DNA of 64,000 nucleotides from Phoronis australis (lineage: Eukaryota > Animalia > Phoronida). The first letter of the stretch is position 1; each line of letters opens with the position of its first letter. The DNA is taken from NCBI GenBank assembly GCA_002633005.1, contig NMRA01000014.1, positions 1,902,960-1,966,959 of the forward strand. The letters are read 5' to 3'. Positions 51,184 through 62,788 of the stretch are shown one piece after another. Position numbers and translations under genes: made by a program. The notes under the pieces were generated by a model. It was not told the DNA's origin. It searched no databases and saw only the letters and a program-made list of their open reading frames with translations.

Positions 51184-51254
51184 TGGCTAATGGCCTAATG
51201 GTGGAGCTCCCGCAGTCTACACCTCGAGAACCTTGGTTCGAATCCCGTTAAAAC
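51184..51254 (+). other. tRNA-like / SINE-head sequence (not a functional tRNA)
   Basis: A-box TGGCCTAATGG and B-box GGTTCGAATCC at tRNA spacing, but the acceptor and anticodon stems do not pair. Confidence 0.55.
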
Positions 51255-53003
51255 ATCTATTTTTACATGCACTAATTATTTTTATTTTTCAAAATATATA
51301 AAATACAGCACTATCCCAATACAAAATTGTACAACATCCTACAACGTTGTAATAACAACAAGAACGATAACATAAAATATGGTTGGCAGTTGAAACAAAG
51401 TAACAAAATAACCTTAATACGAGATTCAACAACAGTAACAACAACTCGAACGCTATTGCCACGGCAATACTATACTCTACGCGTGATAATACGTAGGTAC
51501 GTAACTTCTGAGGGTGGGGGTGGTTGAACAAATAGACAAAATGTTGGGTAAGGATAGGAAATGTTGGGCAATGTTCTTTCAATAAGTATTCCAAATCTGA
51601 GAGCTTTGAAACAGTGGTCTATTTGAACTCTTCTGTTGTATTAGTTGGCACTACTGAGCATTAGCCATTTTCCACAATACGAATATTTTCAGGTGGTCTT
51701 TTGCTTTTAATAATCAAAAAAGATAGAGTTTCATTTGTAAAAATAGTCGGCAATCCTTTGCCATTACATGCCCCAATCACTAGCCTTTCTTACTGATTAG
51801 TTTAATTCTTAGGTTTGATTGTTGACATGACGTAAACAGCGTCGTTCAACAAGCGCAACGTGACATGTGAAAAATGACAGCAATTTTATTTCGGTTACTA
51901 AGCTAAGACTAAAACAGTTTCATGAAACGGAGCCCTGAAAGATCAACTCGTTTCATTAGTTACGCCCTGGATTTTCACCAAGCAGTGTTCTCCAGCGATA
52001 AAGTAGTAGGTACTGCAATTTTTAATCAAGCAAGTTTTAGGTCAATGATCATTAAACTTTTTTGGGAGTTCAACTAATCTCGTGGTTGTACACGTGGTAT
52101 TGAGCATGTCGATGATATACTTTGAACTTGGAGCAACGGTAAGTTAGAGCAATGAGCTAAATGAAGAGTAGCAACGAAATCCCACGTGATTATTTTCACC
52201 AATGAGGACGCGACATTCTTTAGCTCATTGGTTAGAGCAAGTTCACTAATACAAAAGAAGTTGAAATTCTATTTAATTTCTGATGTAATGTTTTTGAAAG
52301 AATGAGACTCCTCACAACAGAGCAACGGAAAAAATATTAATGTTGTGGTCACTGCCATCATGCAATAAATAAAGAAAACTGCTTCACCACCCATTCGAGA
52401 ATTAAATATCTGTACAAACGTTTAGACAAAGGAACAAAAGATTTGACCTAAGGTTTGGATTTTCATAAAACCTATCGCCAGCCAATGCTTAAAATCTCCT
52501 TATGCTTACAAGAATTGCCTCTCAGCGTCCAACGACCGACAATTATTTTATAATACAATTTATAACAGCAGGAAATGACTGCCCTGTTCTACCTCAGACT
52601 TTGGTGGCAGTACTGTTGTTGTCTTGACGGACACATGAGAGAGCATGGCTACTGTACATGTATGCTGGTCCGGTGTTTCTGATAATTCACTACGATGACA
52701 TGACTGAATACCGGTGGAAGGAAACGGGAATGTCCGCCTAATGAGTGATTTTTAGCGGTAGACATGGGTTAAATTTTTGCTCCATAACGGGGACCATATT
52801 TCGAAAAAATTCGATGGTCTCATTGTATGAGGGAAGTCTTTACGAACAAAGGTTGATTTGAGCTTTGATAAAACGCCACCGCGGCAGTAAGATGACAAAA
52901 GTAGACTTTGAAACATGGCTGAAGCAGGCTATCGATTACGAATTGAAGAATACTTACAGGGATCTTTAAACATTGTGTGTGTACTGCCATCATATTAGTC
53001 AGT

Positions 53004-53951
53004 TTACTTTTTGCACGACATAAATTTGGCAAATGCTTTACCAAACACCTCTACCTTAAAAGCGTAGAAAAGGGGATTTAACATGGAATTGCAAGCCAAA
53101 ATGTCAAGAACAGAAAATCTTACAATCGTAAACCACACTGGATCGTTGTTTGACGGGAGTCGCACGCGTGTAACTATAGCGACTGGTATGTTGCACAGGA
53201 TAAAGAACAAAACAAACTGCAGCATGGCTTTCGTTATCTTGAATTGACTCTTTAGCGACTGGGAAGCATCCGACGATTGTATTTTCTTGCGCTGTTTGTA
53301 GGCCAGAATGGCGACATAAGAGTGAAAAGTTACTATTAATGTCATCGGTATGTATATTGTCAAAATCAAATAAATGTCTCGAGCAGCTTTGCTTGGAATT
53401 TTGGTTTCAAAAACGCACCTCTGTTCCGGTATGTCTGATGACGCTGTAATTAACAAAATAGCGGGTATAGTTAACGCAAGAAGTAAACCACACACGACTG
53501 CCTTTAAGTAAACGCGTCTGGTCATCAGGACTTCGTGCCGCAGAGGGAATTTGATGGAGATGAACCGATCTACAGCCAACACCGTTAGCATGTAGTTCGT
53601 GGCTGTCACTGCATAAAGTGTAGGATACATCATTAATTTGCACGCGGTTGGACTTAAAATGTCCTCGACTGGTAGCGATCGCCAATGAAGAGGCACGATG
53701 TAAGTTCTAAACGCGCTAAGAGCTAGTGAAAAACCAATAAGGAAATCCGTCTGGGCCAAAGCAACCACAACCATACTGATGTTTTCTGCTCGAACCTGTT
53801 GATCGGTAAAAAACAGCCAACCTACGATCGCGTTTCCTATACACGTTACTGCCGCAATGACAAAGTCAATCACCGAAAACACGTAAAACACAACTTCCGG
53901 AATGTCATTTGCGAGAAACCAGGGTAAGACAGTGTTGTTGTGCGATTCCAT
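53004..53951 (-). CDS. Intronless rhodopsin-family (class A) GPCR, orphan; 315 aa from the first ATG (ORF open to 54005)
   Basis: Seven hydrophobic segments. TM1 GN, TM2 LAQTD, Cys above TM3 (ACKL) with ECL2 Cys (QRCVF), DRF, TM5 P/Y, TM6 FILCNIP, TM7 NSMLNPLFY, helix 8 FGKAF, and an N-glycosylation site NNT. Confidence 0.93.
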   Translation of the reverse strand: MESHNNTVLPWFLANDIPEVVFYVFSVIDFVIAAVTCIGNAIVGWLFFTDQQVRAENISMVVVALAQTDFLIGFSLALSAFRTYIVPLHWRSLPVEDILSPTACKLMMYPTLYAVTATNYMLTVLAVDRFISIKFPLRHEVLMTRRVYLKAVVCGLLLALTIPAILLITASSDIPEQRCVFETKIPSKAARDIYLILTIYIPMTLIVTFHSYVAILAYKQRKKIQSSDASQSLKSQFKITKAMLQFVLFFILCNIPVAIVTRVRLPSNNDPVWFTIVRFSVLDILACNSMLNPLFYAFKVEVFGKAFAKFMSCKK

Positions 53952-54079
53952 CGAGGTCTGACCGTCGTTGTTCTCCACAAAAGTTGTGTCCGTAAAGATG
54001 ACCACTCAAGCGAAAGATATCACACTTCTTTTTCTGGATACCAAACGATGTACAAATGAATGTCTTGATGGCACACACA

Positions 54080-54130
54080 TTATATACTTCTGAAAATTAG
54101 CGTTATGTTTGTAACACTGCTCACGTGACG
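54080..54130 (-). promoter_or_regulatory. Putative GPCR promoter: TATATAA box and GTCACGTGA E-box
   Basis: ttatata at 54080-54086, ~130 nt upstream of the ATG; tcacgtgac at 54121-54129. Confidence 0.4.
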
Positions 54131-54610
54131 AGACGGTGTTTGCAATTGTGACATGGCTTCAAGGGAGTCAGTAAGTGCTCATACATGTATGCAGTGTTCA
54201 TGATTGAAGAATATCCGTTACAAAACCCAGTGGGTGTGAGCGTTATACCTTGGAAACTAGAATGTTACAAATATTGGATAGTGTGGTCAAATTAATTGAC
54301 GTGACGATGACTTACATGCTTCTACCAAAAATTCAAAACAGTGCATGCTCAATAAATATCTCTAGACACGAAAACAAATATTACTTATATGTATGATGGG
54401 TTGCATTCAGGGGTTTAGCAATAAACGTAGGGTAGAATTCAGGTAGTGGCGAATATGGTTGACAGAGTCGCAACAAAGGATAAGCGGGCACTCCCAACAA
54501 GGAGGTGGGGCAGGGGTGGTACAAATTTGATGACCTGAAACTGATAACTACCGCGGGCATCCAGAACATCATGGGTAGTTTCGCAGACTTATAGTACCCC
54601 TTGAAGGTGA

Positions 54611-54720
54611 ACGTTATCTGCCCAAGTGCGATTTTCAGTCATGTACGGCTAACTAATCTTCAATTTCAAGTTGAAAGATTAGCAATACATGACTGTAATC
54701 TGGACATGCGCAGATAACGT
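54611..54720. repeat. 110-bp imperfect palindrome
   Basis: Nested arms acgttatctgc/gcagataacgt, cagtcatgta/tacatgactg and ctaatct-tcaa/ttgaaagattag. Confidence 0.85.
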
Positions 54721-55084
54721 ACTCGTGCGATTAATATTTTAGGCTATAAAAAATAACCGAAGTGTTCTGGGCGGTTGTGCAAAATTGGTGGCGGCCATTA
54801 TTTTCCGCCATGGCATGTGACAAGCCACGCCACTGATGGTTGGCCATGTGAAGGAAAGATACTCGTATGCGTCATAATGAACCCACGTATTAAAAGACAA
54901 ACAAAACGTTTTTTGTTTGCATTTTAGTCAAACGCAATAACTGAGATAGTGACAGTTTTAAACTTTGCTATTGCGCGGTCGTAGCTGACCCAATACATCA
55001 GCTGAATGTGGTTTTTAGGTTTCCGGTGAGCAATAGTTGTGTACCTGCATTCTCTCAATTGTGAACAATCTAACGCCCCTCGGG

Positions 55085-55465
55085 CGATAATTCTACAAAA
55101 TCCACATACTGCACGAGAAACATTGCAATGAATCGATCTACCTTTCTCGACTCGCCTCGGCTTTGTAACTACTTTCTATGTCTGTTACCTGGGGTTGGAG
55201 GTCGTGACCTTTTAAGAAAAGCCGAGCTTTTTTGTCAAATAATGCTTTTACTCAAAACCAATTGAAAATTTAAACAAACTAGAAATAAAATGAATCTATA
55301 AATTAAGGTTTAGCAACTATTATAGGTTACTACCCATTTTATCACGCTAAGCTTCGACCGTGAAAATATCGTCTGCCAAAGTAGGTTACCACTGGTAACT
55401 GAGTATAATGCTCAAGTCAAAGGATCCCGACGACACGATACCGGCATTGAAATTGGAGATCGGTG
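55085..55465 (+). mobile_element. Second, truncated copy of the Crypton-like element
   Basis: Colinear with ~49440-49865 (cattgcaatgaat.gatctacctttctc.actcgcctc; gtgaaaatatcgtctgc..agtaggttacca.tgg..actgagtataatgc). Confidence 0.8.
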
Positions 55466-56515
55466 ATTTACACTTTTGTGTGTTGCTGAATAGGCCACTT
55501 ACTTTGTCCACCAAGATCTTTACACAGAAACCTATGATCAAAATTTCTAGGGGAAAACAATGTGATTACGTTTACAGTGAAATTTTCTGTATAGATGTTT
55601 AGAAAATTGTGAACATTTGATATGTGTAGATGTTTCGGTTACTTGCTCCATTTTCAAATTATGTCTACAGGCACTTGGTTTGTTCGACTGGCGCCAGGGT
55701 CATATCCAGGATTTTGAGTCAGGGTAGAGTAGTAGCCAGGATTTTTCCCGTCAGACATTCGCATCCCGAACTGCCACTGGGCGCTATGTTATTCATGTAG
55801 AGTTCAAGTTCTAACGTGTTATGGTACTGCTGAATTGCCTCACTGAGTTGCCTTAGATACTGAAATTTCTTGGACGCACCTTTAAAAATTCCTTCATGTA
55901 CCAGATTAATTTGACAACAGCGTAGAGACATTTGGTGATGCTCGGTGCTTTTCCATTGTATGTCACTCTATTTACTCAAAATGCATTGGTCAGAAAAGTA
56001 AAAGATGGAAACTTCATTTAATTGAATGTCAAGTTCCTCTGGTGTCAGACAATTTCTCAAGAAACAAAACATAACAAGTTATCTATATAATATATATTAC
56101 CTCTCAAACACACATACGCACAAAACACAAACTCATAATAATGATTGCCGATACGAGAATTGCTATAGTTCACAAGGGTCTCAGTGTCTCTTTATGGTCC
56201 TACACGTGCCACAACTTCTCAGCACCAGAGATTTTCACTGCTTGACAAATATTACGCCGCCCAGCTTGACCAGCCTCCGGCACCCAGGGTTCAGCTGAGT
56301 GGTGATAAAACTTAAGGGTCACGTGTTCCAAAGCGTTTTGACTGGTATGAACACCATGTGCTTCAAACACAAAGTAAGAGTGTGCCAAAGCACAACTGCC
56401 CTCCGCTCAAACTACTCAAACTATCGGTAGGCTGCCCAGTAACACATGTATACCAGCATAATCGTGACAGCTACCTGCACTTGTTAAACGAGCACATTTG
56501 CGTAATAATATAAAG

Positions 56516-56672
56516 CATGCGCGCACCCAAGGGAGCTCGAATGAGCCCCCCCATTTGGCGAAGGGGGAAAAAGGTGCGCCCCTTTTTTTAGTCCGCTGGC
56601 TATTTTGTTACCAAAAGGTCCACAACGTTAGGAATTCGAGCCCCCCCATATTGAAGACTGGGTGCGCGTATA
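56516..56672 (+). mobile_element. Short MITE, CATGCGCGCACCCAG-TIR family
   Basis: Termini catgcgcgcaccca ... tgggtgcgcgtat, with internal tcgagccccc motifs as in the 37407 copy. Confidence 0.7.
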
Positions 56673-57179
56673 TACAAATCAGACTAAATTGTGACATTGA
56701 ATTACAAATATATTACAATTTCGAACGGATTAGATTGTTTTTTTACCGTCAAGGACATGTGTTGACAAGCAAGGTATATTGTAGATCCACGTACATTGTC
56801 AAAATACCCGGGAATAATAGAATGCCTACTTTGAATGTAAGGCTGAAAGATTTGGTCGAGATGTCTGGAAATTTTATATGAAATGGTAAGAGCTTGTGAA
56901 ATAACATGCAACAGTGATAGATCGGGTTCATGTGTTTAGGGAATACCGTAAGTATAACCTTCAGAGTTGTCACCCCCAGTTACTTTGAAGGCTTTGTGAC
57001 AACCTTGATGGTCCTGTTCAGGTCTCGCTTCAAGTCCGTTTCACTAATTAGCATACTGGATTTGTCAAAGCAATTGGGTTCATTCGTGAGGATGTTTTTA
57101 CCAAACTTGTTTGCACGACTAATGTCCAGGCTACATATCGGTTGTCCTTGAAAAACTTGGCCAGCCACCAGGCTGCGTT

Positions 57180-57182
<3 letters not shown>

Positions 57183-57228
<46 letters not shown>
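57183..57228. repeat. (GT)23 microsatellite
   Basis: Perfect dinucleotide run. Confidence 0.99.
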
Positions 57229-57232
<4 letters not shown>

Positions 57233-57865
57233 GTGATATTTTTCCGACACTTAGTATACTCTGACCTCTGTTAGTCCTTGATATTAACGAATACTTCCAC
57301 TTTTAAATTGTTTGGCAATTTCTTGGGTTCGACCTATTTGCAGATTTTGAGTTTATTTCGGAAATTAGACCCTATATATAGCAACTCACGTTAACTACTA
57401 TTTAAAACAGTAAGACACGAGGTTATGTGGTTCAAGTAATTTGATGTCACCTTTGTATAGTCTTTAAAGTTTTTCATGAGGATTTCTGCTTCGTAAATTC
57501 GTGTTTCACATGATCTGCGGTACGCTGAAGGATTTATTCCTTCAGATTCTTTGGAGTGTTGGAGTGTTTAAGGTGACAATACGAAGGTGAATGTCGCACG
57601 ATTTTCAGCCGTCGATGGGTGAGCGCAGGTTGTCACTGACCAGTCCTAAGTTATAGCCTTCGATATGACTGGTTCGAAGGCAATACCTTTACTACCGTAC
57701 GTTCACAAGTGTGCTAAAGTAAATGACCTGCGTAATGTCTGTTCTGTGCTCCAACCAGTGCGGCGAGGTTTAATTGACTGGTGAATCACTTACCGCAACT
57801 GTTACAATCGTGGTTCAATAACCTGCTGACTCTGCTAGCTCTCTATTGGCTAACATTGTAACCTG

Positions 57866-59193
57866 GGCCCGGTCTCTAATCTCCGTACTCAGACTCGGTG
57901 TATTCAATGTCATACTCGAAAAATCTGTACTCGAAATTTCGAGCACGTACTGTACTCAGTTTTCGAGTGTACTCGAACTGAAGTGTATCTCATCTATATT
58001 TCGAGTACGATTTTGAGTAAAAATTCGGAGTCTATGCTCAAATTTCAAGTTTGGTATGGCAGTGTGCTTGAACTCGTACTCGAAAATAAATACGAGCCAG
58101 AGAACAAAATATCGAAAGGGAACCAAGAAACGCAGCAAATCTAAAAAATAAGTCCTCTTACCGTATCTCAGCACTTCAATTTCAGTTCAGAGATAATAGT
58201 TTTCATCTTAAATCTTCTTATTCTTCACCTTATTAACCCGCCGTATCACTGTATGTTATGGCCGCCATTCTACCTTTAGAATTCCTGGCAACAGGCGCAT
58301 TGTAATCCCTTGTCGGCGAGTCATAACAAGCGTCGAAAGCAGTTGTGGGAAAAGTCGTGTGAGAAGTTTGTGCTTCCCTTATTTAGGTATGTGTGCCTAC
58401 GTTTTGTAGGGTTTCCAAAAGACGAGGAGGCGAGGGAAGTTAAAAAAAGTTCGCTTCCCTGTCAGGTACATTTCTCATCATAACTTAGTCATCTATAATT
58501 CCTCAATCCCCAAATGGAATTTTAGATTTTGTTTGCCGATTTCTAAGTAGACGTCTCGTCCCGTTCACTGCCACTGGTGAACTCTGAATGCCTGCACAAG
58601 TATTGTTTTTTAACTCACATGCCAAATGTCAACTCACTTGATACGTCCCGGTAAAATACAAAGATGCAATATCAAAGTTTTACACCAGCGTAGGCCTACA
58701 CAGCAATGGGTTTTATGTCAAGACTAAATTAGCAACAGAGATGTGATGTGATAAGCTGTTACATATTTCTTAAGACATTTTCGGAACTGGTTTAGGAACT
58801 GAAGAAGTAAAGCTTAATAATTGCCAAATGTATCAAAGAAATAGCATAAGAATATTTATTGAAACTAAAAATTGAATAAAAGTTACAGAACACTCAGAAT
58901 TTCACGTTATAGACATAGGCCTACTCTTGTAGTTGTAGCGACAGCAGACGATAATGTAGGCCTAGTTCTTGGGGTGGTCTATTCCGCCAATAGGGAGCTA
59001 TGAATCAGCGCGGCTTTGCGTGATTTCGCATTTCACACTGATAAAGAGTTCCATAGCAACTCGAGTATGAGTGTCAGATTTGAGTACGTTTGGGGTCTAC
59101 TCGAAATACGAGTACGACTCGAGTGAGCACGATTTTGAGTATGAAATCTCAAGTATGAGTATGAGTCCGAGTACGGAGATTGGAGACCGGGCC
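57866..59193. mobile_element. Non-autonomous PIF/Harbinger element, 1.33 kb, CTG target-site duplication
   Basis: ctg|ggcccggtctctaatctccgtactcagactc ... gagtccgagtacggagattggagaccgggcc|ctg, with subterminal tactcg/cgagta arrays. Confidence 0.85.
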
Positions 59194-60480
59194 CTGATGT
59201 CTCTATAGCTGGCTCTCTGTTGTCAAACGATGTAACTGCTGGTTATGTAACTGCAACGCAACTGTAACTTTAACTCATCTTCGACAGAATTTCAAATTCA
59301 CTTTAACATATTTTTAACCCAAGGTCAACTTTAAGTGACTTCAACCAACCAGTGTCGTATTATTAAAGTATCTTACAGTGTTCTGGAAAGTACCACTGAA
59401 CAATCACTGTCAGAACTGTTAGGATATCTATATACATGAGCAGGATTCTAAAATGTTCCACACTATGCTTCTATTTTCTCATTACTTATGTGATGGAGCA
59501 TTCTTCTAGAATGTCTTCTGGATTTCTGTTGTAAACAAACTTCATCATCACTAGCCTGGGTCATTTCAATCAAGTGCTATCTGCTACATACATGTAGAGT
59601 TTGAGCGAGTATGGATGAAAATCGTCAATTAAAAACACTATCGTCCCTCTAATGAATTCCAACCTTCAATCGTATTATACGTTTTCTCCAGAAACCAACG
59701 CATTGATCAAGCTTTCTAAATCTGGCGACCTCTTCAACACCCTGACGGTTCTCAATGCCCAGATATCTGACAGTATAATCACCTAACAGTGCGTCGTTAG
59801 CAGCTGTCAACGTTTATGGTAGGTCAGTAGTCGAGATGTTATGTAGTTTAACGTTAAGCAGGATATAGCGAGTGGTACCTGTAATATCCTAGATTCCCGT
59901 GTTGTCTTTTTCAATTAAACTAGTGAGATTTTGGGTGTTTAAAACTAATGCCCAAAGCATTCTCTGAAGTTTTCATGCAATAGTAAGCCCTCTCTTCTTA
60001 AACGTCTTAAGGAGTGACAGGACTTGACAATTTGCAAATTGTCATAAACAGTGCACTTTAAGAAGGTACTAACTAATCCTCTCTCGGTCTTCTATCTTGG
60101 CATCAGGAGACGCATTATGTAGAGACTGAAGATGCCCTGCCAGGTGCTTTTGCAGCGTTTTTTGTACGCCTTAGTACTGGCGTGGGGACAGGTAGTGGTG
60201 TGTATACCAAATGCTACACGAACATTCGGGTTTTGTCATTGTAAGCAGACAATTTTCGTACCGTAGAGGAATGCTTCACCAGAAGTTTGATGTCGGAGAC
60301 ATAAACATTTAAGTCATGTGTCGTTCGAGGACCCATCCAGATATAATTAAAGTGTGCTCTGGACCCCAGGATCTCCAGGCATGTATGTCCAGCATTGCAA
60401 CCATGCAGTTTTTTCGCACGACTAATAGGTCAGTGTGCTGGCAAAGTTAGCGTGTTCAAGATCCAAGTGCGAGAGGTTAA

Positions 60481-61526
60481 AGGCGAAGGCAACCTTTTTC
60501 CATGTCATTTTGAGCTAAAATAAGGTTGGTTGGTTATCCTAGACATATTTTCCACTTAATTATAGCTTTTCATAATTTTATTAATTACTTGTCCGCTACT
60601 CCGGAAGTGACGTTTTAGGAGGCAAGCATTTCGTGCCAATTTCTTTTCATACAGTCTGACTGTGAGAGCTGCCGAGTCAGTCATTGTTCTACCTCGGTTG
60701 TGTTAAGTTCCGTCGTCGCTTGCTTTCATTTACTAGTGAGTCAACATGCCACACTGTTGCTGCGTACCAGGATGTACTAATTATTGGCTCACGCGCGCTT
60801 TGGGAGTACCTTTGCATCGCTTTCCGATGGATGACACACTTCGCCGTACTTGGCTCGTTCGTGTGAAGAACGCAGCGTTACCCGTCCACGCAACGTACAA
60901 AGAAGTGGAGAATTACCGTGTGTGTGGCGAGCTCTTTCTGCCGTCCGATTACGAAAGGGATTTGTACTCTGAACTGATGAAGGTCCCTGCGAAACAACGT
61001 CTGAAGAAAGATGCCATTCCGTCTGTGTTGATTCCCGGCAGTGCCCCATCGCCACCCCCGAGAAGTGCGTTTTTGAAGCGAGAAGCCTCGCGAGCTGTGG
61101 CCTGTACAGGGACTGGAGCCAGTGGAGGCACTTCATCTACTGTCACCCGTGCCTCCGAACGTACCCCACAGCGTGCAATTCCTGGAACCAGTAGTGATTC
61201 GCCCTGTGCTGTTTTCTCCAGCCCAGAGCCTCTAAGCAGCCCTGCAGCGATATTGAGCAGTGGGAGTGATTACAGGCTCAGTTCGACACCCGGTAAAGAG
61301 GACAGTTCGTCGTCCAGTGAACAGATCGGTGAGACCAGATTTGCACGGTAAAGTCAACGCAAAACCAAGTGGCGGGAAACGCTTTTCTCCTAAAACGTCA
61401 CTTCCGGAGTAGCGGACGAGTAATTTATAAAAATACGAAAAGCTGTAATTAAGTGGAAAATATGTCTAGGATAACCAACCAACCTTATTTTAGCTCAAAA
61501 TGACATGTAAAAAGGTTGTCTAGCCT
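60481..61526 (+). mobile_element. Kolobok DNA transposon, internally deleted copy 1
   Basis: TTAA at 60477-60480 and 61527-61530, AGG...CCT termini, ~155-bp TIRs and a THAP ORF inside. Confidence 0.9.
60746..61351 (+). CDS. THAP-domain ORF (N-terminus of the Kolobok transposase, truncated)
   Basis: MPHCCCVPGC..LHRFP..RRTW..RVCGELF..LKKDAIPSV is a THAP C2CH domain with the AVPTIF box. The Zn-ligand His is Leu here (copy 2 reads CGKHF). Confidence 0.8.
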   Translation: MPHCCCVPGCTNYWLTRALGVPLHRFPMDDTLRRTWLVRVKNAALPVHATYKEVENYRVCGELFLPSDYERDLYSELMKVPAKQRLKKDAIPSVLIPGSAPSPPPRSAFLKREASRAVACTGTGASGGTSSTVTRASERTPQRAIPGTSSDSPCAVFSSPEPLSSPAAILSSGSDYRLSSTPGKEDSSSSSEQIGETRFAR

Positions 61527-62417
61527 TTAAAGAGAGGGCGTTGAATGACGTCGAATTTCATGAATGCCGACAAAGAACCATATGTAACAGTTGTGGTGTC
61601 ATTAAGGTGGTAAAACAGTTGGCGAAAGTGAATGACAGCAGCCGCCCAGTTCACCTCACTATTTGACAATCAGTTAGTCTATGTTTGGAAAGAGAGGTTT
61701 AACTAAATTAGTCTATTATGTGAGTGTTACCGTACCGTCTCCTTCTAAGTTCCTCAACGAAGCAGTGTCATATTTATGTTGTAGATCAGTTCGGGAGGAA
61801 AATGGAGTCGTCCCGGACACCAAGCATACAGTCAAGTGCATATGTCATACACGTTCAGCTGTCCGTACGTGGCCGCTCTTGAAGAGTAAGTCACTATTGT
61901 CTGGTACTTCAACGTGACCGACTGTCAATTGGAAACGGATAACCAAAGTGTTGACTTAAAGGCGAAGGCAACCTTTTTCCAAGTCATTTTGAGCTAAAAT
62001 AAGGTTGGTTGAGTATCCTAGACATATTTTCCACTTAATTACAACTTTTCGTAATTTTATTAATTACTCGTCAGGTACTGCGGAAGTGACGTTTTAGGAG
62101 GCAAGCATTTCGCGCCAATTTCTTTTCATATAGTCTGACTGTGAGAACTGCCGAGTCAGTCATTGCACTACCTCGGTTGTGTTAAGTTCCGTCGTCGTTT
62201 GCTTTCATTTACTAGTCAGTCAACATGCCACACTGTTGCTGGGTACCGGAATGTACTAATTAGCGGCTCACGCGCGCTTTGGGAGTACCTTTGCATCGCT
62301 TTCCGATGGATGACACACTTCGCCGTACTTGGCTCGTTCGTGTGAAGAACGCAGCGTTACCCGTCCACGCAACGTACAAAGCAGTGGAGAATTACCGAGT
62401 GTGTGGCAAGCACTTTC

Positions 62418-62438
62418 NNNNNNNNNNNNNNNNNNNNN
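62418..62438. other. Assembly gap (21 N)
   Basis: Run of n. Confidence 1.
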
Positions 62439-62788
62439 AAGTGGGACAGTTGTTCCTCTGTCCGTGGTATGCCGGAGGTCCACTTAACCATGTCCAGTAG
62501 TGGCTTGGCCTCGTCGAACTCTGAACAGCACAAGTATTCCATTGAGGTAGGCACAACAACACACACAGTGCATTTGCACCAAGATGTGTCACCACGTCTC
62601 TCCTCAGTAGCCGCCTTGTTCTCTCAACAGCTGCCTGTGCCTGTGCATACTCAGCCTCGTTATACTCGGGCTCAAACATGCACCCACCCACTGAATGTCC
62701 GTCAAAAAATTCCTCGTCAAGACTGCTGTGAACAATCTCCGTCACTCACACTACTGTCACTGTGATACGGGTCACCGACTCCAGCCAT
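62439..62788 (-). pseudogene. KolX-like (P2X7 cytoplasmic ballast / Zn-Cys domain-like) frame, frameshifted
   Basis: ATG at 62788 reads MAGVGDPYHSDSS.. / DEEFFDGHSVGGCMFEPEYNEAE.. / ERRGDTSWCKCTVCVVVPTSMEYLCCSEFDEAK, i.e. the FEPE and WCxCxxC..PT..E..CCxE signatures, convergent to the THAP frame. Confidence 0.8.

Noticed and set aside
51184-51254. Functional tRNA gene (also a tRNA-like start at ~50040)
   Set aside because: A and B boxes are present but the cloverleaf stems do not pair; treated as a SINE or pseudo-tRNA relic.
55719-57170. Possible exons of a minus-strand gene (short ORFs at 55719, 56200, 56980)
   Set aside because: No recognisable domain and no consistent splice chain; in-frame stops next to the candidate acceptor.
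60132-60476. Signal-peptide-like start (MPCQVLLQRFLYALVLAWG) in the DNA interrupted by the Kolobok pair
   Set aside because: Multiple stops follow and no domain is recognisable after removing the insertions; cannot be supported as a pseudogene.
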